64,000 nucleotides of DNA from Capsulimonadaceae bacterium (GCA_965215505.1 OZ244065.1:5952001-6016000); one strand, 5' to 3'. Positions 20,120 through 30,279 are shown, counted from the first letter of the stretch. The notes: generated by a model from the letters alone, not told the origin. Made by a program: numbers and translations.

Positions 20120-20223
20120 GTCGTGAAGGCGTGATACTCCGGGAATGCTATGCCTGCCGCGTTTCCTGCGGATGCCGCCGGGGAAAAAACGGCTGGCATT
20201 CCTACCAACGGAGGACACGGCGG

Positions 20224-21102
20224 ATGGCACAGTCATTTACGGCGACGGAGGCGGGGGCGCTGGCGAAGACGGCGGAGGGGGCGAAGCGGCTCGTCCTGGT
20301 GACGGGCGCGGCGGGGCGTATCGGGTCGTACTTCGCCGAACACGCGCGGGACAAGTACGCGCTGCGGCTGATGGTGCGGGGCGACGAAGAGGGGATAGAG
20401 CCCATCAGAGCCTTCGGCGAGGTGGTGGAGGCGGAGCTGGGCGACCTGGACCGGCTGAAGGAAGTTTGCGCGGGCGTGGACACCGTCGTCCACATGGCGG
20501 GCGATCCGGGGCCGTCGTCGCTGTGGCAGAGCCTGTTGGAAACCAACATCATCGGGACGTATAACATTTTCGCAGCGGCGAAGACGGCTAATGTGCGGCG
20601 CGTCATCTATGCCTCGTCCATCCACGCGGTTTCAGGCTACCCGCCCGACGTGCAGGTGAAGACGAGCGAGCCGGTCAACCCCGGCGACATCTACGGCGTT
20701 TCCAAGTGCTTCGGGGAGGCCCTGTGCCGGTACATGGCGGAGAAGGAAGGCGTCAGCGCCATCGCCCTGCGGATCGGGGCCTTCCAGCCGTTGGAGTCGG
20801 TGCAGGACGAAAAAGGAATCGGGATGCTGGACTCCTTCGTCTCGCACCGCGATTTGGACCAGCTCATCAATCGGTGTGTTGACGTGGAGAACGTCCAGTT
20901 CGCTGTCCTGCACGGCCTGAGCGACAACCGGTTCAAGCGGCTGGACATTTCCGACGCCCGCGAATTGGTCGGCTACGCGCCCCAGGACGACTCGACGGAG
21001 GAACTGCCGCCTGTGCGCGGTCTGCACCTGCGCGAGACAGTGACCACCGACAGCGGCATCGCGGACGGGGGGGAGTCGGGGATGCGCGCCGAGGTGGGCT
21101 GA
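20224..21102 (+). CDS. NAD-dependent epimerase/dehydratase (uronate dehydrogenase-like)
   Basis: VTGAAGRIG, ASSIHA, YGVSK, LRIG. Confidence 0.88.
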   Translation: MAQSFTATEAGALAKTAEGAKRLVLVTGAAGRIGSYFAEHARDKYALRLMVRGDEEGIEPIRAFGEVVEAELGDLDRLKEVCAGVDTVVHMAGDPGPSSLWQSLLETNIIGTYNIFAAAKTANVRRVIYASSIHAVSGYPPDVQVKTSEPVNPGDIYGVSKCFGEALCRYMAEKEGVSAIALRIGAFQPLESVQDEKGIGMLDSFVSHRDLDQLINRCVDVENVQFAVLHGLSDNRFKRLDISDARELVGYAPQDDSTEELPPVRGLHLRETVTTDSGIADGGESGMRAEVG

Positions 21103-21162
21103 GGGCCGCGTTTGCCTGCAATCGGGGGGCGGGTAAAACGGGGCATCAAGGAGAATGACACC

Positions 21163-21381
21163 GTGCAGCTAACCAAAGACACACCGGTCACCGAACCCGA
21201 GGAGACGCACCCGCAGGACCCGCATCAGACGGGCAGCGGCTCGTCCGACGCGCCCGGCGGCAAAGACGCCCCGGCCCACAGCGCCCTGGGCATGGGCCAC
21301 AGCGGGGGGGAATATCCCGCCCCGGACGCCTCTGCCGAACCGTCGAAGACAAAAGAGGAGGGTGCCAATGGGACAGGGTAG
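21163..21381 (+). CDS. Small hydrophilic hypothetical protein
   Basis: AAGGAG RBS and GTG; low complexity. Confidence 0.4.
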   Translation: MQLTKDTPVTEPEETHPQDPHQTGSGSSDAPGGKDAPAHSALGMGHSGGEYPAPDASAEPSKTKEEGANGTG

Positions 21382-21577
21382 CACAGGGCAGGTCGAGACG
21401 ACCGAGGCGGCAGGCGGCATCATCCCCAACACGACCACGGACGACACGACGACGGCGGGCGATCAGCTCCCCGCCGGGGACATAGACCCGGACAGCACCC
21501 GCTCGGCGGACGAGACGGGGCAGGGGGGCGACCCGACCGCCCCGGCGAAGAACAAGGCGCACCCGTGGAACGGGTGA
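21368..21577 (+). CDS. Small acidic, Thr-rich hypothetical protein
   Basis: GAGGAGG RBS before ATG. Confidence 0.45.
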   Translation: MGQGSTGQVETTEAAGGIIPNTTTDDTTTAGDQLPAGDIDPDSTRSADETGQGGDPTAPAKNKAHPWNG

Positions 21578-21620
21578 CTTAGGCCAGCGTGGGAACCGAA
21601 AGAGGGCGAAGATTGGAGAA

Positions 21621-21691
21621 AGGGCGAGGGAACCTCGCCCCTACACATGCATCATGTGCATGGCGTAGGGGCGGGATTCCCCCGCCCTCTT
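21621..21691. repeat. Pair of inverted REP-like palindromes (GTAGGGGCG..CGCCCT)
   Basis: Copies at 21621-21644 (minus) and 21665-21691 (plus). Confidence 0.75.
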
Positions 21692-21701
21692 TCCTATCGT
21701 C

Positions 21702-23042
21702 CTAGTTGGTGTTGACGCCCGCCACGATGTCGCCCTGGCTGTCTTGCATGACATACCGGCGCTGGTCGCTGCCGTCGGGGGGCGTCGGCGCGGGTTTTGT
21801 GCGGTCGAAGATCGCCGCCCCGCCGTCGTCCTTGCCGTCCGGGCCGACGCTGTAGAGGACATAGCCCGCGCCGGTGCGCTTGTAGCGCAGCGGCCCGGAC
21901 GCGGCGAACGGGTCGGCGGGGACGGACGGGAGATAAGCCGGCGTGAGCGCCGCCAGGCTGGCTGGGTATGCGCCGTGGTCCAGCCTGTAGGCGCGCAGGG
22001 CCAGCGTCACCAGCAGCAAAGCGTTCTCCGCGTCGGCCTTCGCCTCAATCAAACGCACTCCAGTAAAGGCCGGCAGCAGGAATTGGTCCACGGGGTCACT
22101 CGGCACTGTGGGGGCACTCGGGTGAGCCGCATAGGGCTTACGGGCATCGGTGATGGACTCGTCCATGTACCGGGTGTAGTTCGCCATGATGGTGCGCTTC
22201 CCCGACAAACGGCATCGCATCAGGAACGCTTGGGTCGGCAAAACATTGGAGGCATCCCCCGTGAAGGTCCCCATGTTGCCGGGCCAGCCCCGCTGCCGCA
22301 TCACTTCCAGCAGACCTGCCTGGCCCAACCATTCCTCCTCCTGGAGCGTGTCCGCATAAGGAACGTGAAGTGCCCGGATCTGCGTCAGGCGACGCGCCGC
22401 CGCCCGCGCCTGGGCGGCGTCCAGCCGGCCCGCCGACTTCCACGCCTGCCGCCGCCCGATGGCCTGGCAGGCGACCCCGACCAGCATGCCGATGAGCGGG
22501 CCGCCGCGCGGCATCGTCCCGCCCATCTGAACGGCGTCCAGGCTCGCGCCCATGGCCCCGCCCGCGTCGCCCTTCGCGGCGTCCACCTGCGCTTGCAGGG
22601 ACAAGAGCCGCGCCAGCCCACGGATCTTCTGGTAGTGCGGGAACGGGGCGCTGAACGACCGTGCCGGCACCTCCTGGTAGGAGTACTGGAAGCCGGCATG
22701 CAGGGTCTGGACGGCCCCGGCATTCTCCGCCACCAGCTTCTCCTTGTCCGCCAGTGAGTAGAAGTGCATGTCGCCGACCGGCTTGGTTGCCGGGTTCCAG
22801 GTGCCGACGGCGTTGCCGATCTTGCCGCCGTCCACGATGGCATTGGTCGCGGCGATGTAATAGTCGCGGGCGTTCGTCGCAGGCATGGCCGGTGTCGGGA
22901 CCGAAATGTCGGGGTTCCGGTCCAGGGCGCGGAACCAGAGGAATACGCCCATGGCGAGCGGCAGGACGAGGACGAGGAGGATCATCAGCAGTCTGTCGCC
23001 GGCGGACCAGGCGACTCGGGGGCGGCGGTTGCGGCTGTTCAT
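21702..23042 (-). CDS. Membrane-anchored hypothetical protein with GspG-like C-terminal motif (paralog A)
   Basis: N-terminal TM; YRLDHGAYP, DPF, LYSVGPDGKDDGG. Confidence 0.75.
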   Translation of the reverse strand: MNSRNRRPRVAWSAGDRLLMILLVLVLPLAMGVFLWFRALDRNPDISVPTPAMPATNARDYYIAATNAIVDGGKIGNAVGTWNPATKPVGDMHFYSLADKEKLVAENAGAVQTLHAGFQYSYQEVPARSFSAPFPHYQKIRGLARLLSLQAQVDAAKGDAGGAMGASLDAVQMGGTMPRGGPLIGMLVGVACQAIGRRQAWKSAGRLDAAQARAAARRLTQIRALHVPYADTLQEEEWLGQAGLLEVMRQRGWPGNMGTFTGDASNVLPTQAFLMRCRLSGKRTIMANYTRYMDESITDARKPYAAHPSAPTVPSDPVDQFLLPAFTGVRLIEAKADAENALLLVTLALRAYRLDHGAYPASLAALTPAYLPSVPADPFAASGPLRYKRTGAGYVLYSVGPDGKDDGGAAIFDRTKPAPTPPDGSDQRRYVMQDSQGDIVAGVNTN

Positions 23043-23126
23043 GTCGGTATAACGGGAAAGCGCGGCAATCGGTTCGGGGCGCGATATGAGACTTACAGAA
23101 CGGGTGACTGATGGGCCGGGGCTTTC

Positions 23127-24482
23127 CTAGTTGACGTTGACTCCCGCCACGATGTCGCCCACACTGTTCTCCTGCACCAGGCGGCGGCGATCGTACCCGT
23201 CAGCGGTGGTCGGGACGGGGAGCGCATGGTCGAAGATCGCCGCGCCGCCGTCGTCTTTGCCGTCCGGGCCGACGCTGTAGAGGACATAGCCTGCCCCCGC
23301 GCGCTTGTAGCGCAGCGGCCCGGACAGGGAGAATGGATCGGCGGGGATGGCTCTGATGTACCCCGGCGCGAGTGCGGTCAGCGTCGGCGGGTACGCGCCG
23401 TGATCCATTTTGTAGGCGCGCAGGGCCAGCGTGACCAGCAGCAAGGCGTTTTCCGTATCGGCCTTCACTTCGTCCAATCGGCCTGCGGATAAGATCGGGA
23501 CCAGGATCTGGTTGACGGGGTCAGTCGGCAGAGGCGGCGGCGCGGGATGGGTCGCGTAAGGCTGCCGGGCGTCGGCAATGCTCTGCTCCATGTAGCGGGT
23601 GAAGTTTGCCATGATCGTCCGCTTCCCCATCAGCCGGATGTGTGCCGCTATCGGCCAGCTCGACGCGGCCTGGTCCTGCTGCTGATCCGGTGCCATGGCG
23701 GTCAGCAGGTTGGCGGGCCAGTCGGGCTTACGCATCAGTTCCAGCAGGCTTCCCTGTACTTCCCATTCTTCCTCTTGCAGCGTGTCCGCGAAGGGTACAT
23801 GGCCCGCGCGGATGGTTTCCAGCCGCCGTGCCGCCGCCCGCGCCTGGGCGGCGTCCAGCCGGCCCGCCGACTTCCACGCCTGCCGCCGCCCGATGGCCTG
23901 GCAGGCGACCCCGACCAGCATGCCGATGAGCGGGCCGCCGCGCGGCATCGTCTCGCCCATCTGAACGGCGTCCAGGCTCGCGCCCATGGCCGCGCCCGCG
24001 TCGCCCTTCGCGGCGTCCACCTGCGCTTGCAGGGAGAGAAAGCGCGCCAGCGCCCGGATCTTCTGGTAGTGCGGGAAGCCGGCGCAGAAGGACCGGTACG
24101 GCGGCTCCTGATAGGGGTATTGGAAGCCAGCGTGGAGGGTCTTGATCGCCCCGACGTTTTCGGCCACGAGTTTCTCTTTATCTGCCGGCGAGTAGAAGTG
24201 ATTGTCGCCTGACGGTTTGGTCGCCGGGTTCCACCGCCCATTCGCGTATTCGATTTTGCCTTCGTCCACGATGACCTTGCTCGCGGCGATGTAATAGTCG
24301 CGGGCATTCGCCGTAGGCATGGTGGGCGTCGGGATGGCGGCGTCCGGGTTTTGGTTCAGGGCGCGGAACCACAGGAAAATACCCAGCGTCAACGGCAGGA
24401 CGAGGCCGAGGAGGAGCATCAGGAACTTGTCCCCGCGTGACCAAGGGATCTTCGGACGGGGGACTTTCGGGCTGCTGTTCAT
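23127..24482 (-). CDS. Membrane-anchored hypothetical protein with GspG-like C-terminal motif (paralog B)
   Basis: Collinear with paralog A; ATG at 24482 by analogy. Confidence 0.75.
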   Translation of the reverse strand: MNSSPKVPRPKIPWSRGDKFLMLLLGLVLPLTLGIFLWFRALNQNPDAAIPTPTMPTANARDYYIAASKVIVDEGKIEYANGRWNPATKPSGDNHFYSPADKEKLVAENVGAIKTLHAGFQYPYQEPPYRSFCAGFPHYQKIRALARFLSLQAQVDAAKGDAGAAMGASLDAVQMGETMPRGGPLIGMLVGVACQAIGRRQAWKSAGRLDAAQARAAARRLETIRAGHVPFADTLQEEEWEVQGSLLELMRKPDWPANLLTAMAPDQQQDQAASSWPIAAHIRLMGKRTIMANFTRYMEQSIADARQPYATHPAPPPLPTDPVNQILVPILSAGRLDEVKADTENALLLVTLALRAYKMDHGAYPPTLTALAPGYIRAIPADPFSLSGPLRYKRAGAGYVLYSVGPDGKDDGGAAIFDHALPVPTTADGYDRRRLVQENSVGDIVAGVNVN

Positions 24483-24531
24483 GCCTGTATAACGGAGGAA
24501 CACCGCAAATCGGTTCGGGTATACTAAGGGC

Positions 24532-25215
24532 ATGGTGCAAACGATTTCCGGTAAAGCGTATCGGGGTGCGACGCCCGACCCGGCCCAGGCGACGCGGGAG
24601 GCGATGAGGCTGGTCAAAGACGGCCGCCTGCCGCTCGTGGAGGTCTTCTACTCGCTGCAAGGCGAAGGGGGGCGCACTGGGCAGGCGACGGTCTTCGTGC
24701 GGTTCGCGGGCTGCAACCTAGCCTGCGAGTTCTGCGACACGGACTTCCGGGTCAACGCGACGTACACGGTGGGTGAGCTGGCCGAGGAGATCGGGCGCGT
24801 GGGCGGCGGGTGCCGCTGGGTCTGCTTCACGGGGGGCGAGCCGACGATCCACGACCTGCAAGGGCTGTGCGAAATGCTGCACGGGCGGGGTTACCGCCTG
24901 CAAATGGAGACGAACGGTACGCGGCCCCGGCCCGAGTGGGGGGTTGACCATGTGACCGTCTCGCCCAAGCAGCCGCAGGGCGGGCGTCTGCATCCGTGGT
25001 ATGAGGGGCACGCGGCGGAGTTCAAGTATGTGGTGGACGACGCGGCCGATCTGGCGCGCGCCCTGGACGGTGCCCGGCGGCACGGGCGGACGACGTTCGT
25101 ACAGCCGAACGCGCTCAACCCGGACGCCGTCGCCCTGTGCATCGAGGCCGTGAAGCAGCACCCGGAACGGCTGCGGCTGTCTTTGCAAACGCACAAGCTG
25201 CTCGAAATCCGTTAG
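24532..25215 (+). CDS. queE: 7-carboxy-7-deazaguanine synthase (radical SAM)
   Basis: EVFYSLQGEG, GCNLACEFCDT, TGGEP, ETNG, VSPK, SLQTHK; start may be 24604. Confidence 0.92.
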   Translation: MVQTISGKAYRGATPDPAQATREAMRLVKDGRLPLVEVFYSLQGEGGRTGQATVFVRFAGCNLACEFCDTDFRVNATYTVGELAEEIGRVGGGCRWVCFTGGEPTIHDLQGLCEMLHGRGYRLQMETNGTRPRPEWGVDHVTVSPKQPQGGRLHPWYEGHAAEFKYVVDDAADLARALDGARRHGRTTFVQPNALNPDAVALCIEAVKQHPERLRLSLQTHKLLEIR

Positions 25216-25280
25216 CCGTTTAGCGTCCTGCCGTTTAGTCGGCGTAGGCATGCGGGTAGAGTGGGGCGGGGGACAAGCCA

Positions 25281-25535
25281 ATGAAGAAGCGGAATATCGT
25301 GGTACTGCTGGCCGTCGTGGGGGCCGCCTACCTAGCGCTCAAGGGGAAGAAACAGGCTGAGGCCACGGCGGGTGCCGCCGGCGTGACGCCTTCGGCGACC
25401 GTCAGCGAGACGCCGATGGTGGAGCCGGTCGTTCATCTGGTCGAGGAGACGCTGCACCAGCATGAGGGCGAGGACAGCCCGATCGTTCACGCCTTCGAGG
25501 AGGCGCTGGAGGAGAAGGCAGGGCACGGAGCCTGA
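25281..25535 (+). CDS. Small membrane-anchored hypothetical protein
   Basis: MKKRN plus hydrophobic helix, acidic tail. Confidence 0.55.
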   Translation: MKKRNIVVLLAVVGAAYLALKGKKQAEATAGAAGVTPSATVSETPMVEPVVHLVEETLHQHEGEDSPIVHAFEEALEEKAGHGA

Positions 25536-25593
25536 CAGAAAGCCTGACAGAAAGCCTGACGGAAAAGAGGGCGGGGATAATCCCCGCCCTCTT
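25529..25593. repeat. 12-bp tandem repeat x3 (AGCCTGACAGAA) followed by REP-like/terminator hairpin
   Basis: Read directly; hairpin AAGAGGGCGGGGA-TAA-TCCCCGCCCTCTT. Confidence 0.75.
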
Positions 25594-25612
25594 GCCGTTC
25601 ATGACCGTGTGT

Positions 25613-26548
25613 TCAGGACTGTAAATAGTCGCGCAGGCGCTTTTTACGGGCGGCGGAGCGCAGCTTACGCAGGGCCTGGGACTCGATCTGGCGGACGCGC
25701 TCGCGGGAGATGTGCAGCTCGTCCCCGATCTGCTGCAAGACGCTCTTGTCGTCCTCGTCGAAGCCGAATCGCTTCCGCATGATGACCTTCTCGCGGTCGT
25801 CCAGCGTGTTCAGGATGGCCTCGATCTCGCCGCGCATCTCCTGGGCGATCAGCTCGTCCTGCGGGTTCGGGGCGTTGCGGTCCAGGACGAGGCTGCCAAG
25901 CGAGGTGCTGTCGTCGTCGCCGACCGTCATGTCCAGCGAAACCGGCTCCTGGGTCGTTTGCAGCAGGCTGTTCATCTTCTTCAGGGACAGGCCGGCGTGG
26001 TCGGCGATCTGTTCGACGGTCGGCTCCTGGCCCAAGACGCGGTGCAATTCGGCGCGGGACTTGTCTATCTTCCGCAGCGACTCGGAGATGTGCGCGGGCA
26101 GCCGGATGGCCTTGGCCTTGTTGTCAATGGCCCGGCCGATGGACTGGCGTATCCACTGGGTCGCGTAGGTGCTGAACCGGTAGCCCATGCGCGGGTCGAA
26201 CCGCTCCGTGGCCGTCATCAGGCCGATGGCGCCTTCCTGGATGAGATCCTCCATCGGGATGCCGCTCGCCAGATAGTTCTTGGCGATGGAGACGACCAGC
26301 CGCATGTTGGACTCGATCAGGCGCTCCTTCGCCGTGTTGTCCCCGTAACGCGCCTTGCGGGACAGAGATTTCTCCTCGGTCGCCGTCAGCAGCTTGGTGC
26401 GGGTCAGGCGGTTGATGTAGGAGGCGAGGTCGTCCGCGAACGACCCCATGACGGGCGCTTCCGGCGCGGGCGGGCGGCCCAACGCCGGGGTATCCCGCGC
26501 GTCGTCCTCGGGCACGCCGTTGAAAAAATGATCGGCTGTCGTGGTCAT
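25613..26548 (-). CDS. RpoD/SigA-family sigma-70 factor lacking region 1.1
   Basis: DLIQEG, FSTYATQWIRQ, IRLP, SRERVRQIE. Confidence 0.92.
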   Translation of the reverse strand: MTTTADHFFNGVPEDDARDTPALGRPPAPEAPVMGSFADDLASYINRLTRTKLLTATEEKSLSRKARYGDNTAKERLIESNMRLVVSIAKNYLASGIPMEDLIQEGAIGLMTATERFDPRMGYRFSTYATQWIRQSIGRAIDNKAKAIRLPAHISESLRKIDKSRAELHRVLGQEPTVEQIADHAGLSLKKMNSLLQTTQEPVSLDMTVGDDDSTSLGSLVLDRNAPNPQDELIAQEMRGEIEAILNTLDDREKVIMRKRFGFDEDDKSVLQQIGDELHISRERVRQIESQALRKLRSAARKKRLRDYLQS

Positions 26549-26745
26549 GCGTTGCTTGACTTCCACCGTAAAACAAAAAGCCGCGCCGCGTCTCCGTTGA
26601 CACATCCCTCTAGTTCGCCGTGTGCTGTCCATGTTCCTTCCCCATTTGTCCTCTAAGACTACCTGGATTTTTGGAGCGATTTTCGTCAACGCCCGCCGTT
26701 TCTGCTACAATGGGTTTGGAAGCCGACTCTGGAGAACCGCTTGAC

Positions 26746-28071
26746 ATGCCGACCCGGCTTGCCGCCGAGGCGATCACAATCCGATACGCGCCCGACTCGC
26801 CGCCCGTCCTGACGCAGTTCTCGCTCGACGTCCGGCCCGGCGTCTTCCTGGGCATCGTCGGGCCGAACGGCTCCGGCAAGTCCACCCTGGTCCGCGCCCT
26901 GTCCCGCGCTCTGCGGCCCGTGGCGGGGGCGGTGCTGCTGGACGAGGGCGACCTGTACTCAGGGACGTCCGCGCGCGAGGCGGCGCGGGCCATCGGCGTC
27001 GTGCCGCAGGAGACATCGGTTTCGCTCGACTTCACGGTCCGCGAGGTCGTGCGGATGGGCCGCGCCCCGCACCTGCCGCGCCGCCCGTTCGCCTCCGAAA
27101 CCGCCGAGGACGAAAGGATCGTGGCCGCCGCCATGCGTGACGCGCAGGTGGAAGGGCTGGCAGACCGGGCCGTCCCGACTCTGTCCGGGGGCGAGCGGCA
27201 GCGCGTCCTGTTCGCGCGCGCCCTGGCCCAGCAGCCCGGCGTGATCCTGCTGGATGAGCCGACCGCGCACCTGGACCTGCGCCACCAGACCGAGGCGCTG
27301 ACGCTGGCGCGGGACCTGGCGCACGGCGGCAAGGCGGTTTTGGCCGTGCTGCACGACGTCAACCTGGCCTCCGCCTACTGTGACATGCTGGTCCTGCTCG
27401 ACGCGGGCCGGATCGTCGCGCAGGGGCCGCCGGAGCAGGTCGTGACGGCGGAGAACTTGCAGGAGGTCTACGGGGCGCGCGTCTGGGTGCGCCGCCACCC
27501 CGCCTCGGGCCGGCCCCTGGTCCTGACCCTGCCCGAGATGATGGACCCGTCCGAAACCCCCGGCACCCTGCGCGTCCACGTCATTTGCGGCGGCGGCACG
27601 GGGACGGCCCTGCTGCTCGCCCTGCACGGCCGGGGCTGGGCGGTGACGGCGGCGGGCCTGAACGCGGGCGACACCGACGCCGAGGTGGCGGCGATGCTTG
27701 GCGTCTCGTTCGCCCGCGAGGCGTCCTTCTCGTCGCTCTCCCCCGAGGTTCTGCATGAAGCCGCGCGCCTGGCCCAACCGGCGGACGTGGTCCTGCTGAC
27801 GGACGTTCCTTTCGGCCGGGCGAACCTGGCGAACCTCGAAGCCGCCCTGGCCCTGCGCCGGGCGGGCAAGCCTGTCATCTGCCTGAACGGGCCGCCGGAC
27901 GACTTCAATGCCCGCGACTTCACCGGCGGCGCGGCGGGCGCGCTCTGGCGGGACCTGCTGGAGGCCGGGGCGGAAGCGGTCGGCACATCCGAAGTCGCAT
28001 TGTCACTGCTGGAAAGTTGGAACCGTCAGACACCGTCCTGTGAACGAGGCGGCTTGTCCCTAGACCGATAG
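26746..28071 (+). CDS. ABC transporter ATP-binding protein (cobalamin/heme/Fe-siderophore type) with C-terminal extension
   Basis: GPNGSGKST, LSGGERQR, LLDEPTAHLD; last ~15 codons lie inside the IS right end. Confidence 0.9.
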   Translation: MPTRLAAEAITIRYAPDSPPVLTQFSLDVRPGVFLGIVGPNGSGKSTLVRALSRALRPVAGAVLLDEGDLYSGTSAREAARAIGVVPQETSVSLDFTVREVVRMGRAPHLPRRPFASETAEDERIVAAAMRDAQVEGLADRAVPTLSGGERQRVLFARALAQQPGVILLDEPTAHLDLRHQTEALTLARDLAHGGKAVLAVLHDVNLASAYCDMLVLLDAGRIVAQGPPEQVVTAENLQEVYGARVWVRRHPASGRPLVLTLPEMMDPSETPGTLRVHVICGGGTGTALLLALHGRGWAVTAAGLNAGDTDAEVAAMLGVSFAREASFSSLSPEVLHEAARLAQPADVVLLTDVPFGRANLANLEAALALRRAGKPVICLNGPPDDFNARDFTGGAAGALWRDLLEAGAEAVGTSEVALSLLESWNRQTPSCERGGLSLDR

Positions 28072-29350
28072 CGAATGCACTTGGCAGTCGCGTGTCTGGG
28101 ACGATACGGCTTCTGACGGAGCCGCGTCGGAAGGTGAAGACCAACCGACAAGGTGTTTGTCACGGATATTGAGCGCGGCATTCTTGTCCGCATTGGCACG
28201 ATGACCACACGAGCGACAAACAAACAAACTTGGACTGGGACGGGCGGTTGCCTCGGTAGCTGTGACCGCAGGCGGCACACCGCTGGCTCGCATGGCGCGG
28301 GTCAATCCCGACCACGCGGCAACCCAGAGCTTCAGCCTTGTAGTCCAAGAACGAGCGGAGTTGGGCGAACGACCAGGAGTGAAGACGCCGTTTGGCCTCT
28401 CCTCTGCTGGCCTTCACCCGCGCCCTGATGTTCGTCAGGTTCTCTACTACGACGGTCATTCCCGCCGTGGTGCCGTCAAGGATGCTCTTCGAAAGCACAT
28501 GATCACAGTCGCGTCGGAATCGTTGCTCACGACCCGCGAGGCGTCGAAGGCGGCGTTTGGCCGACTTCGTGCCTTTCGACTGAAGTTTGCGCTTCAAGCG
28601 GAAGCGACGCTTGCTGACTTCCCGCCAGCGTTTCTTGCCGTGAAGCCTGCCATCGGAGGTGACGGCCGGGCGAGTCACGCCCAGATCAACGCCAAGAGCT
28701 GTGCCGTTGTCGGTGAACTCCATGTCCTCCAGTTTCAGGACGACGTGCAGGGTGAACCGCCCCTTGCGGTACATGAGGTCGGCAGTGGAGACACGATTTC
28801 CAGTCAATGCCGACGCATAGGCAGGAACGCAGAAAGCGACCTTTTGACGCCCCACGACGGTCGCGAGGTTGGCGAAACCCTTCTGCCAGTCCACAGAGAA
28901 CGAGTTGACGTTGTAGCGGGGCGGGCAGAGCGTGGACTGAGGGGTGTTGCCCTTCTTGCCCTTCCTCGCAAGTGCCATCGCAGACTTGACGGCCTCTGCT
29001 GCCTTTTGCCGCGCCTGAACGTGCAGGTCGGAGACAAGGGCGGGGTAAGCCGCCTTGCATTCTCGGTGGGTGAGGCGGTGCAAAGTGTAAGCATTTCCTT
29101 CGCGGAGCCGCCACCCTTGCGAGCAGACAGCATTGAACGACTGCGTGAACTGGCGAATCGTTTCCAGCAGGCTTTTGGCCTGCTCCGCTGTGGGGTTCAG
29201 AGACAACCGCAATGTTCTGTCCATGCTTCAGTTATACTATACAGCAGTACGGTTTTACAACACTTAAAAGGAGACGCGAGGTGGAATACGCCTTCGGCAG
29301 ATAGGAAGCAATCTTCCTGTCACCTAAAGGAGACTTTCCCATTGCTTGTT
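28025..29350 (-). mobile_element. IS200/IS605-family solo-tnpB element (IS1341-like)
   Basis: tnpB; right end ...GACAAGCCGCCTCGTTCACAGGACGGTGTCTGAC; left-end hairpin AAGCAAT...ATTGCTT at ~29309-29347; boundaries approximate. Confidence 0.75.
28060..29224 (-). pseudogene. tnpB: RNA-guided endonuclease TnpB, frameshifted in the Zn finger
   Basis: GVDLG, VVENL, HSWSF, SQRCAACG; FVCRSCGHRANADKNAALNI continues in another frame after (CAAA)3 at 28217-28228. Confidence 0.88.
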
Positions 29351-29353
29351 ATT

Positions 29354-30205
29354 ATGGAAGCCCTAATTGAACACACATTAGAGCCGGAGATCGCCGGACC
29401 CGCCCCGCGCCGGACGCGGCTGCCCCTGCGGCTGACACTCCTGCTGGCAGTCGCGATCCTGCTGCTGGGCGTGTTCGCCGCCGGCAGCGGGCGGGCCTTG
29501 TGGGAGGCAGCCCGGTTGAGCTGGCTGGCGGCGGCGGGGCATACTGTGACCGGCCGCATCGTCCGCGTCGCGACGGAGCCGTCCGAAGTCAAGGGACAGC
29601 CGCCGCGCCCGGTCGCCGTCCGGTATGCGGCTGACCTGGCCGGCCCCTCGGGGACCATCCACCGGGAGGGCTGGATCGGGCTGGGCACGCCCGCCGCGCC
29701 CGCCAATGGGGCCGTCGGGATCAATGGGCCGGGGCGGGCCGTCCCCAAGCCGACTTTCCCCGCGCCCGCCCTGCGCGCGGGCCAGCCGGTGCCGATTCGC
29801 TACGCCTCCTGGTTCGGCGGCGTCGCCTCCCAGCCCTGGGTGCCCGACCCGCGCGGGCGGGTCCTGACCCTGATCCTTTCCGGCAGCCTGGTCCTGCTGG
29901 TCAGCCTGCTCCTCCTGCGGCGGCTCCTGAGGTGGATCGGGGAGCGTCTGCACCTGCTGCGCCTGGGGACGGCGACGGTCGGGACGATCACGCACAAGCG
30001 GACCGAGGCCGAGGACATGGTGCGCTACTACCTCCGTTACGGCTACGCTTTTGGGCAGGGCGAGGAGCCGGGGAAGGGGCGGGAACACGAGGAGCAGGTC
30101 AGCATGGACCAGTGGAAGCTGTTCCACGTCGGCCAGCCGGTGACGGTGCTGTACGACCCGGACGAGCCGGAGCGGGTAGGGCTGTACGCGCTGATCCGGC
30201 ACTGA
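29354..30205 (+). CDS. DUF3592-like membrane protein
   Basis: Two TMs, GTATVGTI, VGQPVTVLYDPDEP. Confidence 0.65.
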   Translation: MEALIEHTLEPEIAGPAPRRTRLPLRLTLLLAVAILLLGVFAAGSGRALWEAARLSWLAAAGHTVTGRIVRVATEPSEVKGQPPRPVAVRYAADLAGPSGTIHREGWIGLGTPAAPANGAVGINGPGRAVPKPTFPAPALRAGQPVPIRYASWFGGVASQPWVPDPRGRVLTLILSGSLVLLVSLLLLRRLLRWIGERLHLLRLGTATVGTITHKRTEAEDMVRYYLRYGYAFGQGEEPGKGREHEEQVSMDQWKLFHVGQPVTVLYDPDEPERVGLYALIRH

Positions 30206-30279
30206 CCTACCCCCGGCGCAGCACTGGCTACCCGGAGGGCGAGCGCCGACCCCTCCCTGTTAGGGGAGGATAAAGAAAG

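Noticed and set aside
28262-30205. 647-aa plus-strand ORF
   Set aside because: First half is antisense to tnpB; the plausible gene starts at 29354
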